Virus record (IMG/VR): IMGVR_UViG_3300016471_000834
Location: 1-64,000 of that record
DNA: 64,000 nucleotides
DNA from: a virus
Taxonomy: Duplodnaviria > Caudoviricetes
Strand: one strand, 5' to 3'
Part shown: positions 17,652 through 26,679 of the stretch, piece after piece
Layout of the letters: every line of letters begins with the position of its first letter
Numbering within the stretch: the stretch's first letter is position 1
The notes under the pieces: generated by a model
The model's database searches: none
The model's input: the letters and a program-made list of their open reading frames with translations, nothing else
What the model was told of the DNA's origin: nothing
Position numbers and translations under genes: made by a program

Positions 17652-19835
17652 TTACGCTGTCACCGAATTGACGGTGATCGTGATGGTCCCAGGGACCGGC
17701 AACTCTGCGGTATCAAGCGTGACATCCACCCACCCCGAGAGCGAGATGTCGATCACCCCTACCGTCGCCAGAGTGATCGAGGTGTTGATGGCCGCGCTCG
17801 TCACCTTCCCGTTCCAGCGCCATTGGTAGCTGGTGGTTTCCGATGTTGAGCCGTCCGCATTCAGCTTGACCCGCTTTGCAGTCGGCTGAAGCGTCGCATT
17901 GAGCGCGGCCTCGATGGCAGCCTTGGCCGATGTGGCGTATTCCGAGAGGACATCCACCGTTGCTGTGACATTGATCGAGTGCGGGACGAAGGCCGCGCTG
18001 ACGACCTGGGTATTTCCCATCACCAGGCCGCCGATCCGCTGTACGCCCACCAGCTCGCCGTTGAAGTAGGTATCTAGCTCGGTAAGTTCTTCGGTCGTGG
18101 GGGCGACATTTCCATACCCCACGCAGATGAGCTTCAGCGTCTTCGCGCCGGCGCCCTCCTCAATGGCAAGGGCTCGAATGATGGTCTGAGAGCCATCGGT
18201 CTGGCGGAAGGCAACCGCCATCGTCTCCGCGTCTGTGGGCGTGACGACTCGCTCGAGCGTGCGGATGGAGGCCGGAAGCGCCACACGAAGCTCGGCCAGG
18301 GATTTATCCGTGGTGCCCTCCTGCACCACCCAGCCGCTGGCAGCTCGAGGATTGCGGATGTTGGTCAGTCGGCCGTTGCCCGACCGATCCTGCTTGATTT
18401 CCGACGCCCCAACGTTCCCGCTCTTGTCGGCGCCGTAGCGATAGGTCGCCTTCACCGTCTGGAGAGCCCCCGGAATGGCCCCGTTGGAGCCGTCTCCAAA
18501 CTCAATCTGCCAGGTTCCGTCTGCCTGCTCCTTCAGCGTGTAGACGCTTTCGTAGCTGGCGGACGTCAGCAGGTTCTTTACCCGCGCCCACTCCACCCCG
18601 CCCACCGTGAGACTCAGGAATTCGATCAGCGGGCTGCTGTTGAGGCTGAACGCCTGAGACGCAGTCCCCTCATCTGTCGTCCCGATGGTATCCTCGACGC
18701 GCTGCCCCTGGTAGACATGCCACATCAGGGTCCATGTCGTGCGGGAGGGTTCCGCCAGCGAGGAGAGCGAAGGGGACGTGGGGCTCGAGACCGCTGTCAC
18801 CCGGCCTCGAAGCCAAAAGCCCGCGACATCCTCGGTCCCGTTGCTGACGATCGAGGAAGCCCATCGGCGATCCGTCGTCTGTGGCAGCGTCCAGCTGACC
18901 TCTCCTGTTGAGCTCATACGGGTGGACCCGTCGCTCAGACCCGGCAATTCCGGCCAATTCGTTTCTACGGTGTAGTCCGCGGGGTTCGTGCTGGGCGAGG
19001 TCTGGCCCAGGTAGCTCGCCGTGGTGATTTTGTTGGTGCTCGAGTTGTAGGCGACGCTGAGCGTCTCTGACAGGCCTGTTGACAGGCATGTGACCTTGAC
19101 ACTGAGGCCGGTTGCGTTCGTCGTTCCGACAACCGTGCCGACTGCGAAGACCAGGGTGGAGCCAGCAATGGTGACGGTATCAGGAGCTCCTTCCCGGAGA
19201 TCGTCGTAATACTCCCAGCGCAGCGCCGTGATGTTCGTGGCCCCGGTCCCCAGGCTCAACTTCACCTTGTTCCACATCAGGCCCGCATGCCCGATGTAGA
19301 GCGCATCTCCGACCGCAGGTGTGCCCCCCCAAAGCGTTCCCGAGGTGTACGCCGTCTTCACTCCGCCGTCGTCCTGGATCATCGTCCATACGCCCGTGGG
19401 GCCGGCGTAGAGATCGGAATCCTCGACGTACTCAAACACCAGGGGAGTAGTCTGGCTTGTGCCGGACGTGCCACAGAGACTGTGCGCCCGGAGCAGTAGC
19501 GTGGAACCGCTGAGCGCCCCCGAGATGTCCGCCAGGACATCAGCCTCTGCCGGGATGGGGGGGGCGAGTGTATAGCCCAGGAGGTTGGCCGGGCCAAAGA
19601 AGGATTGACGCAGCCGGGCCGTCGCCGGATAGGTCTCTCGAGCGGCATGGTCGAGCCGGCAGGCCTGCAAATGACCGACCAGTGCCATGAGCGCCAAGAG
19701 GTTATTCACCGGGTCATGGGAATCGGTCTCTGTATGCTCAGGCCATTCCCGGCTCTTGACCTGCTTCAGCGCGGCCAGGAGATTCGGGTAGTAGATGGCT
19801 CCCCATTGGAAATCTGGCGTTGTGCTACTAGCCAT
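17652..19835 (-). CDS. Baseplate J-like protein with inserted domains
   Basis: N-terminal ATARLRQS...LLGY; IEFGDGSNGAIP; YRYGADKSGNV; RVVTPTDAE. Confidence 0.9.
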   Translation of the reverse strand: MASSTTPDFQWGAIYYPNLLAALKQVKSREWPEHTETDSHDPVNNLLALMALVGHLQACRLDHAARETYPATARLRQSFFGPANLLGYTLAPPIPAEADVLADISGALSGSTLLLRAHSLCGTSGTSQTTPLVFEYVEDSDLYAGPTGVWTMIQDDGGVKTAYTSGTLWGGTPAVGDALYIGHAGLMWNKVKLSLGTGATNITALRWEYYDDLREGAPDTVTIAGSTLVFAVGTVVGTTNATGLSVKVTCLSTGLSETLSVAYNSSTNKITTASYLGQTSPSTNPADYTVETNWPELPGLSDGSTRMSSTGEVSWTLPQTTDRRWASSIVSNGTEDVAGFWLRGRVTAVSSPTSPSLSSLAEPSRTTWTLMWHVYQGQRVEDTIGTTDEGTASQAFSLNSSPLIEFLSLTVGGVEWARVKNLLTSASYESVYTLKEQADGTWQIEFGDGSNGAIPGALQTVKATYRYGADKSGNVGASEIKQDRSGNGRLTNIRNPRAASGWVVQEGTTDKSLAELRVALPASIRTLERVVTPTDAETMAVAFRQTDGSQTIIRALAIEEGAGAKTLKLICVGYGNVAPTTEELTELDTYFNGELVGVQRIGGLVMGNTQVVSAAFVPHSINVTATVDVLSEYATSAKAAIEAALNATLQPTAKRVKLNADGSTSETTSYQWRWNGKVTSAAINTSITLATVGVIDISLSGWVDVTLDTAELPVPGTITITVNSVTA

Positions 19836-20208
19836 TGAGGCTCACCCCCATATTACGACGGCCCCCGGTCTCCAGGTCTTCATAGGTCACATCCACGTTG
19901 AGCTGTCCATCCTTGAAATCGACGTGGAGTCCGACGAGCCGGGCCCGGCGTGCCCGCTCGAGCCGTCCGAACCGCTCCCGGATGTCACCCTCCAACTGTA
20001 CACGATCTTCGAGCTTGGCGCCCTTAAATGCGCGATCTTGCACCCCAAGCTTGATCTGTTCCAGCCACGGGTGCATAGAGCCCGCGTCCTGCACAGTCAT
20101 CACGACCAGCTGTGCCAATGCTTCGTTTTCGTTGCTCGATACCGGGTCCGGCGTCATCTGCGCCGCGCCGTCAATGAGCACAGGAGGCCAGACCATTGTG
20201 CGCTTCAC
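19828..20208 (-). CDS. gp25/gpW-like baseplate wedge initiator
   Basis: Position, size, C-terminal GQLNVDVTYEDL; AGGAGG RBS before GTG 20208. Confidence 0.7.
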   Translation of the reverse strand: MKRTMVWPPVLIDGAAQMTPDPVSSNENEALAQLVVMTVQDAGSMHPWLEQIKLGVQDRAFKGAKLEDRVQLEGDIRERFGRLERARRARLVGLHVDFKDGQLNVDVTYEDLETGGRRNMGVSLNG

Positions 20209-20462
20209 TCGATACCTCCTGAGACTGAGCCTGTGGCAGTCGTTGTGCCCGTGCCGGATGAAGGTGTGACCTGCACAGGAATACCACTCGCCGCAATGGC
20301 ACTTCGTAACTGTGCATTCGTCGCAAGTTCGCTGACAAGAAATCCACAAAATGCTCGCCACATCGCCCGTGCTGTGTCTTCCTGGTCCTGGGTCGTGATA
20401 AAACCATGGTCAATGCACCAGTCGACAAAGGCATCTGCGGGTCGGTCGCCATTCATCGCCAT
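20205..20462 (-). CDS. Small baseplate-associated protein (possible spike tip)
   Basis: Directly after the spike gene; C-terminal IPVQVTPSSGTGTTTATGSV. Confidence 0.5.
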   Translation of the reverse strand: MAMNGDRPADAFVDWCIDHGFITTQDQEDTARAMWRAFCGFLVSELATNAQLRSAIAASGIPVQVTPSSGTGTTTATGSVSGGIE

Positions 20463-20465
20463 TGG

Positions 20466-21071
20466 CTACTCCTTGATCGTCGCCAGCTGTGCGCGGAGCT
20501 GGCCGAACGTCGTCTGCGTTGCAGGGTCAAGGGGCTGAGGCCCCAGGGCTGTCGCCGTCAGCGCGGTCTGGAGCGCTCTGATGAGCGCGTCCAGAGTTCC
20601 CACGACGTCGACCGTGGCGCTGCCCAGATACACCTTGCCGCCCGTCACCAGCCGAGTCTTGCTGTCGGTCAGGCTCAGGCTTGACTTCGGCCCCTGAAGC
20701 AACAACTCCGCAGCGCTCACGAGCTCGACATTGGCTCCGGTCTCGAGGGCCAGGTAATGACTCCCGTCCTGCGAGGCCAGTCCGACTCGAGCGGGGTAGT
20801 TCGCTTTGAACGGCTCCGGGATGGTATTCACCGATCCCACCGTCGCCGGCCCCCAATAGAGAACGCCATCCTCCTCCTCGACGATGACCACGGAATCCAC
20901 CGGGGGAATCCACCACAGACCGCCGCCTTTGCCGATGTGCAGGCGCGGGGGAATCCACTCCGGATAGGCCTCATCCGGGCCGCTGTAGCCGCCGATCAGC
21001 AGCTTCAGATACCCGGGCCGCTCCGAATCGTCGTTTGCCTGCACTACGGCGCTATAGTAGCGCACGCTCAT
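20466..21071 (-). CDS. Baseplate spike (gpV/gp5-like OB fold)
   Basis: YSAVVQANDDSERPGYLKL...PEWIPP...WWIPPVDSVVIV. Confidence 0.8.
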   Translation of the reverse strand: MSVRYYSAVVQANDDSERPGYLKLLIGGYSGPDEAYPEWIPPRLHIGKGGGLWWIPPVDSVVIVEEEDGVLYWGPATVGSVNTIPEPFKANYPARVGLASQDGSHYLALETGANVELVSAAELLLQGPKSSLSLTDSKTRLVTGGKVYLGSATVDVVGTLDALIRALQTALTATALGPQPLDPATQTTFGQLRAQLATIKE

Positions 21072-22258
21072 GACGACTCCTTTGGCTCGGCAGCCTCTGT
21101 CATGACTCGAGCGAGATCGAGCTCGCAGGAGTAGCCCCCTTCGTCCATCCGGTGCGACACCTGCAGAAGCTCCCAGAGTCCGTTGTACGTTGTCGGCAAC
21201 CCGGTGAATTCATGCACCTGGCCCACCCACAGGCCGTTCCATCCGACCGTCCTGGCTCGAGCCGTCATATAGGCCTCGTTGCGCGTCTTGAGCCAGAGCT
21301 TTGCAAAGGCGAGCGCGTCATCGACGGTCGTCAGCTTCACCTGGGGGACGTTCTCCTTGGTGGCCGCTTTCTTGTTGGCGGACTTGTGCTGTGCCCCACT
21401 CTTTGGAGCGCGCAGCGCCTTGATCTGGTCCCCGCTGAAGAGCGTCGATTTCTGCCCGCTATCGGTGATCTCGACGACGACAACAAAGTCCTCCTGACGG
21501 GCCTTGTCGTGCCCGGTAATCTCGATCTTCGTCGGCACGCCAGCCAGGTTCATCACCGGGTCAAAGGACAGCAGGTTCCCCGCCTGAAGATCGCTGCCAG
21601 CTGCCCAGACATCATAGACGAAGGTCGCTTTCGAATCCTGATTGGCGAGACTCTGTGTCCGGAAGTGAAGCACCTCCTGACCGGTCTTTTCATCCCAGCG
21701 AATCACCGGGGGACCGAATCCGTTGGCAGCGGCCAGCCCCTGAAGGAACTCCAGATCGCTTTTGCCCTTCTCTTTCACCCGGCCTGATTGGCGCCGGCCG
21801 GTGGTTTCGACACTCGAACTCGTGACCGTCAGACCATATTCAGCCGCCAGGGCTTTAGCAATGTCCGCGTCCGTCATGGAAGCCGGGAACACGCGGGGAG
21901 CCTTCCCCTCTGCGAGATAATGCTCGAAGCTGTACCCTCGAATGGTCGCCGTTGGAGTACCCCCGTCAGGGAAATGCCCCTCCTCGCGCACCAGGTAGAA
22001 GCGTTGAAGCCCAAGCAGCTCATTGCCGTACCCGAACCGCGGCACCACCTGATTCCCGACCGCCAGCAGGTCCTCCCCCAGAAAGATGTATTTCCGCTGT
22101 GCACTGTCAAAGGCGTCGACCTCAATGGTCAACTCGTCGGCGCCGTCGATGGTCGCCTCGACAGAGATCGAGCGCACAAACGGACGGCGGTCTCGAGGGA
22201 GCTGGCGCCCGTTGATCAGCAGGTCCCATGCTGGTGCGTCGATCGTGATGACGGCCAT
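21068..22258 (-). CDS. Baseplate hub (late control D/gp44-like)
   Basis: VRSISVEATIDGADELTI; SDLEFLQGLAAANG; WELLQVSHRMDEGGYSCELDL. Confidence 0.85.
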   Translation of the reverse strand: MAVITIDAPAWDLLINGRQLPRDRRPFVRSISVEATIDGADELTIEVDAFDSAQRKYIFLGEDLLAVGNQVVPRFGYGNELLGLQRFYLVREEGHFPDGGTPTATIRGYSFEHYLAEGKAPRVFPASMTDADIAKALAAEYGLTVTSSSVETTGRRQSGRVKEKGKSDLEFLQGLAAANGFGPPVIRWDEKTGQEVLHFRTQSLANQDSKATFVYDVWAAGSDLQAGNLLSFDPVMNLAGVPTKIEITGHDKARQEDFVVVVEITDSGQKSTLFSGDQIKALRAPKSGAQHKSANKKAATKENVPQVKLTTVDDALAFAKLWLKTRNEAYMTARARTVGWNGLWVGQVHEFTGLPTTYNGLWELLQVSHRMDEGGYSCELDLARVMTEAAEPKESS

Positions 22259-23040
22259 CAGTATGCCACCTCCCCGGCCAGCACTTCAGGTAGCATGTCC
22301 CAGGTCATGCCCGCGTCGCTCGAGGTGCCTCGAGACCTGGCAAGGGTCTGCACAACGTCCGTCCAGTTGTCGCCGAGGAATGGGAGGGAGAGCGGCTCCA
22401 CCTCCTCCTGCATGCGCTCGTGATCCGCCTCGAGCACCTTCACCTTGTCGCCGGCCTGTTCGAGCCGGGAAGCGATGGATGGGTTTTCGCGCCTGATAAG
22501 CTCGCCCTTTAGGGGATCGAGCCCCATCTTCAGGGCGATGTGCTCAAACGTCTCCCCATCCCCCAGGGTCAGGTATTGGGTTTCTCCCGGGGCCGGAGAG
22601 CTCAACTCGAGCTGCACATCAGGAGCTTCCGTTACCTCAATGTCAAAGGTGAAGCCCTTCATGAAGCCAGTGGCGTAATAGCCGACCACCTTCAGGCTCT
22701 TGCTCGAGACGTAACCCCGGATGGATGTCCCGCCCCAGGTGAGCAGAATCTTGGGGGCACGGCCCAGCGTGCTGTCCCGCACGTTTAGCCGGTCCACCAG
22801 GTCATACGTGCTCTGGATGTTCGTCATGCAGTCCTGCGCTTTGAACTCGGCGCTGAACCGCAGCACGCGCTCTGTATTCGAGATCCACTGCACAGCGGGC
22901 GCAACTGTGCCGGGGGTGCTGATGGAACCGAGCTTCGCGCCTTTGCTGACCTCTATCCCTTCAGGCTTGTACTGCCCGACGATGGTGAGCTGCACCTGAG
23001 AGTCAAGGGAGACAATGCTCCAGAGCAGATCCTGGGCCAT
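22258..23040 (-). CDS. Tube-initiator/CIS-tube protein with LysM-like C-terminus
   Basis: PAVQWISNTERVLRFSAEF; APKILLTWG; YLTLGDGETFEHIA. Confidence 0.7.
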   Translation of the reverse strand: MAQDLLWSIVSLDSQVQLTIVGQYKPEGIEVSKGAKLGSISTPGTVAPAVQWISNTERVLRFSAEFKAQDCMTNIQSTYDLVDRLNVRDSTLGRAPKILLTWGGTSIRGYVSSKSLKVVGYYATGFMKGFTFDIEVTEAPDVQLELSSPAPGETQYLTLGDGETFEHIALKMGLDPLKGELIRRENPSIASRLEQAGDKVKVLEADHERMQEEVEPLSLPFLGDNWTDVVQTLARSRGTSSDAGMTWDMLPEVLAGEVAY

Positions 23041-23041
23041 C

Positions 23042-25117
23042 CTATCCTCCTACCGGCAGCACTTCCGCCGCCCCCAGCGGTGTCACATTCAGCCCACGCC
23101 TGAGCACGCGCCCGCGCTGGTGCGGAGGCAGGGCCGGGCCCGTACCGCGCTCGCCTGCGCGCACGGACTGGTCCCCCGTAGCTCGAGCTATCTCCTTCCC
23201 ATCGACCTTCACGCTGGCGCTGACGTTCACGTTGTTGTCGACCTTCGCAGGCGCCACGTTGACCTGTGGCGCGGCGGCCTGAGTCTTTGCCTGGTCGCGC
23301 TTCGTGGCCGCGTCCATCGTCCCCTGGGTGAGCCGTGTGACGGTCTCTCCGAACTCATGTCGTGCCTTTTCCATCGCACCAGAGATGGAGTCCAAGCCGT
23401 TCCAGTCCCCCATGCCAGGGATGGTCCGAACGACGTTCGTGATGAGCCGCAGGGCCATCTGCACGACCCCGAGCGTGACCTGAGCGACGATGTTGGCGGC
23501 GCCCAGCAACAACCCCAGCAGCCCACGGCCGATGTTCGCAACGAAGTCCCCAAAGCTGAGGGACCCCGTGAACAGGCCGACAAAGCCCTTGGCGATTTGC
23601 CAGACCGTGGCCAACACCGGTGCGAGCGCCTGAATGACTACATCCAGAGCAATGAGCACGACGTCGATGATGGCGGCCAAAGCCCGGAAAGCGACGCCCA
23701 CCACGCCCCCGATGAAGTTCCCCAGGGACTCCCAGAAATTCAGGTCGGCGCCGTCGCCGGCCAGCGACGAGAACAGCCCCTTGATGGTATCCCAGAGCCC
23801 CAGGATTGAGGGCTTGATCATGTCGATGGCCTCGCCAAACGCGGCGAAAGCGGAGCCCCCCAGGCCTGTGCCAAATGCCTTCACCAGGTCCCAGACATAG
23901 GTTGCCACCGACACGACCGTATCGATGAGGCTCGAGAACATGCTTTTGACGAACTCGAGCGGCCCTTCCCCCTCCTCACGGAAGATGCGGAACACCGCAT
24001 AGGCAGCGGCTCCGACGATGAGCAGGTTCTGTGCAAAGGCCGCCAGCGCAGCCGGCGCCAGGAACTCCAGGACAGCGGTGCCAATGGTGATAAGCCCGGA
24101 GATGATGGGTCCGAGAATTGCCGCGGCAGCTCCCACGCCCAGCAGCGCCGTACCGATCCCGGCAATGGTCATCACGAGCCGCACGACTTTGGCCTTGCCC
24201 TCATCGCCCAGGCCGTCCCACCAGCCCAGCAGTTGCTTCATGAGCGGGGCCAGGTATGCGTCGAAGATGGCTCGAGCTGCCTGAATCTGATCGGTGACTC
24301 CCTTTACGATGGCCGGCGTTTGTGCGCTGATCCATTCGGTGATAGGGACCAACGTCGGCCCGAGTTGGTCGTTGATCCCTTTCCCCACTGCCTTGAGGAT
24401 GGCGGTGCCCGCGTCTTTCAGCGTGGACAGCCGTCCCACGAAGGTCTCAGAGAGCGCCTTGACCAGGTCCCGGCCCCCGGTCATCTTTGCAATGTCCTTC
24501 TCGAGTCGCGCCTGCACAGCCGCAGCGAACGCAGCGGAGCCGGCCTCACCAGCGGCTTTGAAGTCCTCGGTCTTGTAGGTAAGACCGAACTCCTTCAGAC
24601 GCTCGAATCCACCTCCAGAGCTGGCGTCCAGCAGGGCCTCTACCGCGTCCGTGATGTTCTTGGTCGGATTGAGGGCAGTCAACTGCCCCATCGTCTTGAG
24701 CAGGTGGACATTGGCGTCCACGTTTTGCCCGGACAACCTCAACAGGCGCTTCGACCCTTCGATCAGATCCCCCTCCTCAAAGGGGGTAGCCGCTGCGTAT
24801 TGCGAGATGAGACTGAGCAGGTAAGCGCTACGTTCCTGGGAACCCAACAGGGTATCGAAAGTGATACGCTGGGCCTCGAGGTCCGCCGCAAGGCCGGAAG
24901 CCTTGAAGCCGAGGACGCCCATCATAGCGGAGAGAGGGGCCAGACCCAGGGCGATCTGGCCGAGACCAGTGGCAACGGACTTTGCAGTAGCGCCGAGTTG
25001 CTTGAAGGTGTCCCGGAGCGAGGACACGCCCTGACGAGCTCGCGCCATTCCGACTTGAGCAGGCCCTGCATTGAAGTTGAGGACGGCTCCGAGGCCCCAC
25101 TGCTGCAACAATCCCAT
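23042..25117 (-). CDS. Tape measure protein
   Basis: FDTLLGSQERS...YAAATPFE; long Ala/Gly/Leu-rich amphipathic helices. Confidence 0.9.
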   Translation of the reverse strand: MGLLQQWGLGAVLNFNAGPAQVGMARARQGVSSLRDTFKQLGATAKSVATGLGQIALGLAPLSAMMGVLGFKASGLAADLEAQRITFDTLLGSQERSAYLLSLISQYAAATPFEEGDLIEGSKRLLRLSGQNVDANVHLLKTMGQLTALNPTKNITDAVEALLDASSGGGFERLKEFGLTYKTEDFKAAGEAGSAAFAAAVQARLEKDIAKMTGGRDLVKALSETFVGRLSTLKDAGTAILKAVGKGINDQLGPTLVPITEWISAQTPAIVKGVTDQIQAARAIFDAYLAPLMKQLLGWWDGLGDEGKAKVVRLVMTIAGIGTALLGVGAAAAILGPIISGLITIGTAVLEFLAPAALAAFAQNLLIVGAAAYAVFRIFREEGEGPLEFVKSMFSSLIDTVVSVATYVWDLVKAFGTGLGGSAFAAFGEAIDMIKPSILGLWDTIKGLFSSLAGDGADLNFWESLGNFIGGVVGVAFRALAAIIDVVLIALDVVIQALAPVLATVWQIAKGFVGLFTGSLSFGDFVANIGRGLLGLLLGAANIVAQVTLGVVQMALRLITNVVRTIPGMGDWNGLDSISGAMEKARHEFGETVTRLTQGTMDAATKRDQAKTQAAAPQVNVAPAKVDNNVNVSASVKVDGKEIARATGDQSVRAGERGTGPALPPHQRGRVLRRGLNVTPLGAAEVLPVGG

Positions 25118-25314
25118 CAGCGACTCCTGCGGAGTTGTTCCGCCTCACGCTCAAAATCGTCGCGGAGGCGTTCGTAGAGGCGAAACGCCTCCTCCACTGA
25201 GAGCGTGCCGAATTGCTCAGGGCCTCCTAATCCGGGGAGGAAGCGGGCCAGCCCATAGAACAGACTGTCCCACTGTTCCCCGTCCACTACTTCAAAAAGG
25301 CCTGCATAAAACCC
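25117..25314 (-). CDS. -1 frameshift extension of the tail assembly chaperone (G/GT-like; not in ORF track)
   Basis: G GGT TTT heptamer at 25308-25314; -1 frame open for 65 codons (GFYAGLFEVVDGEQWDSLFYGLARF...RRSR*), stop overlaps the TMP ATG. Confidence 0.8.
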   Translation of the reverse strand, partial: GFYAGLFEVVDGEQWDSLFYGLARFLPGLGGPEQFGTLSVEEAFRLYERLRDDFEREAEQLRRSR

Positions 25315-26180
25315 GGAGACCTCCAGTCTACGAGCGCCTCGTTGAGCTCACCGCAACTGGGGCACTGAACATCCAGCCGGAGATCGAGTGTCGGCGTGAT
25401 GCGTCCCAGCGCCTCGTTGCATAGGTTCAAGTCCTCCTCCATCCAGGTATCGATGATCCCGGGCGGAAGCTTCATAAACTTGCCGATGTCCACAGTATCT
25501 ACCTGAACCACGGACGCCTCAATGAGCGCGGCCCCCAGGGCAACCGTGTTGTCCCATTCCTGCGCCGTCAGGGGCCACACCGACGTCATGAACGAAGGCG
25601 GCTTGAGCAGGACTGTCCGAACGGTTTCACCCTTGGGATATTCAAAGCCGTGGTGCAGGCCTACACGAACCAGGGGAGGATTCGCCAAGCTCGCATCGGG
25701 AGGCAACGCCGACACCTTCAGCGTGTCGAACTTCACATTCACCTCCGGCCAGTCGATTCCGCAGATCCCACAGCTCAACCCCTTCATCGCATAGCCGCCC
25801 GGCTTTGCGGCCCGATGATAGGCGATCATCAGGAAGAGGAAGTCCGCGAAGGTCAGCTCGGCCACCTTCAGGGCTCTCTGCTTCATGTTCCTCTCGCCCG
25901 CTAGGTCATGCTGACCGAGCCGCGAGATGCTCATACCCAGCCAGTGTGCGAAGAGCTGGCCGGTCTTCTTGACGAGGCCCTGATCCTGCTTCAGCTCTCC
26001 ACGTTTCTTGGCCAGTGCCACGGTCGCTCGCTCAAACACCACTTCGCGGCGACTGCCATCTGCCGTGAGAAAGCCGTGGGGGAGTTGCCCCTCCAGCTCT
26101 CCCAGGGTGGTTTCAACCAACTCGAACGATACCGATGTCTCGCCCGGCTGCAAACTCGGAATGCGCTCCGACTGTGCCAT
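25287..26180 (-). CDS. Tail assembly chaperone (T4 gp26-like, duplicated domain with Zn motifs)
   Basis: Between tube and TMP; CGIC and CPSC motifs; LTFADFLFL. Confidence 0.75.
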   Translation of the reverse strand: MAQSERIPSLQPGETSVSFELVETTLGELEGQLPHGFLTADGSRREVVFERATVALAKKRGELKQDQGLVKKTGQLFAHWLGMSISRLGQHDLAGERNMKQRALKVAELTFADFLFLMIAYHRAAKPGGYAMKGLSCGICGIDWPEVNVKFDTLKVSALPPDASLANPPLVRVGLHHGFEYPKGETVRTVLLKPPSFMTSVWPLTAQEWDNTVALGAALIEASVVQVDTVDIGKFMKLPPGIIDTWMEEDLNLCNEALGRITPTLDLRLDVQCPSCGELNEALVDWRSPGFMQAFLK

Positions 26181-26212
26181 TTGCCTGTCCTCTCCCTTGG
26201 GTTACGCAGAGA

Positions 26213-26656
26213 TCAGAGCTGAATCTCTGCCGAGTCCACGCTGATCGTGTACTTGGCGTTGCCCTGCTTGCCATCCTCTGCTTTGTTCATCGCCGGGAGG
26301 GTCTCCTTTTCGCAGATGCACCCGATGAGGGAAACAACACGAGCGGGAAGCCCCGCAGCGCTCATAAACGTCATGAGCCCGCCCTGCACATACCCCGGAA
26401 GTGCCGCCTTGCAGGCGAGCAACCAGGTGTGCAGCGCAAGCTGACCGGGGTCATGGAGCGGCACCTCGATATCGAAGCTGAACGGCTTCGTCTCTCCGGT
26501 AGACCGCTTGGTGCGATCACTCATCTCGGCCATGATGACTTCAGTCACCATCTCGCCGGTGCTGATGATGTACAGCAGCGGCACAGCGAACGCGCCAATA
26601 AACTCGAGCTTGAACTTATTGGTCATCACTGCGCCGGGAAGCACTTCGCCCTTCAT
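26213..26656 (-). CDS. Tail tube protein
   Basis: Follows the sheath; 147 aa; G.MT....G...R...L.GC pattern. Confidence 0.75.
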   Translation of the reverse strand: MKGEVLPGAVMTNKFKLEFIGAFAVPLLYIISTGEMVTEVIMAEMSDRTKRSTGETKPFSFDIEVPLHDPGQLALHTWLLACKAALPGYVQGGLMTFMSAAGLPARVVSLIGCICEKETLPAMNKAEDGKQGNAKYTISVDSAEIQL

Positions 26657-26679
26657 TTACGTCTCCTTCCTGGCATCGA

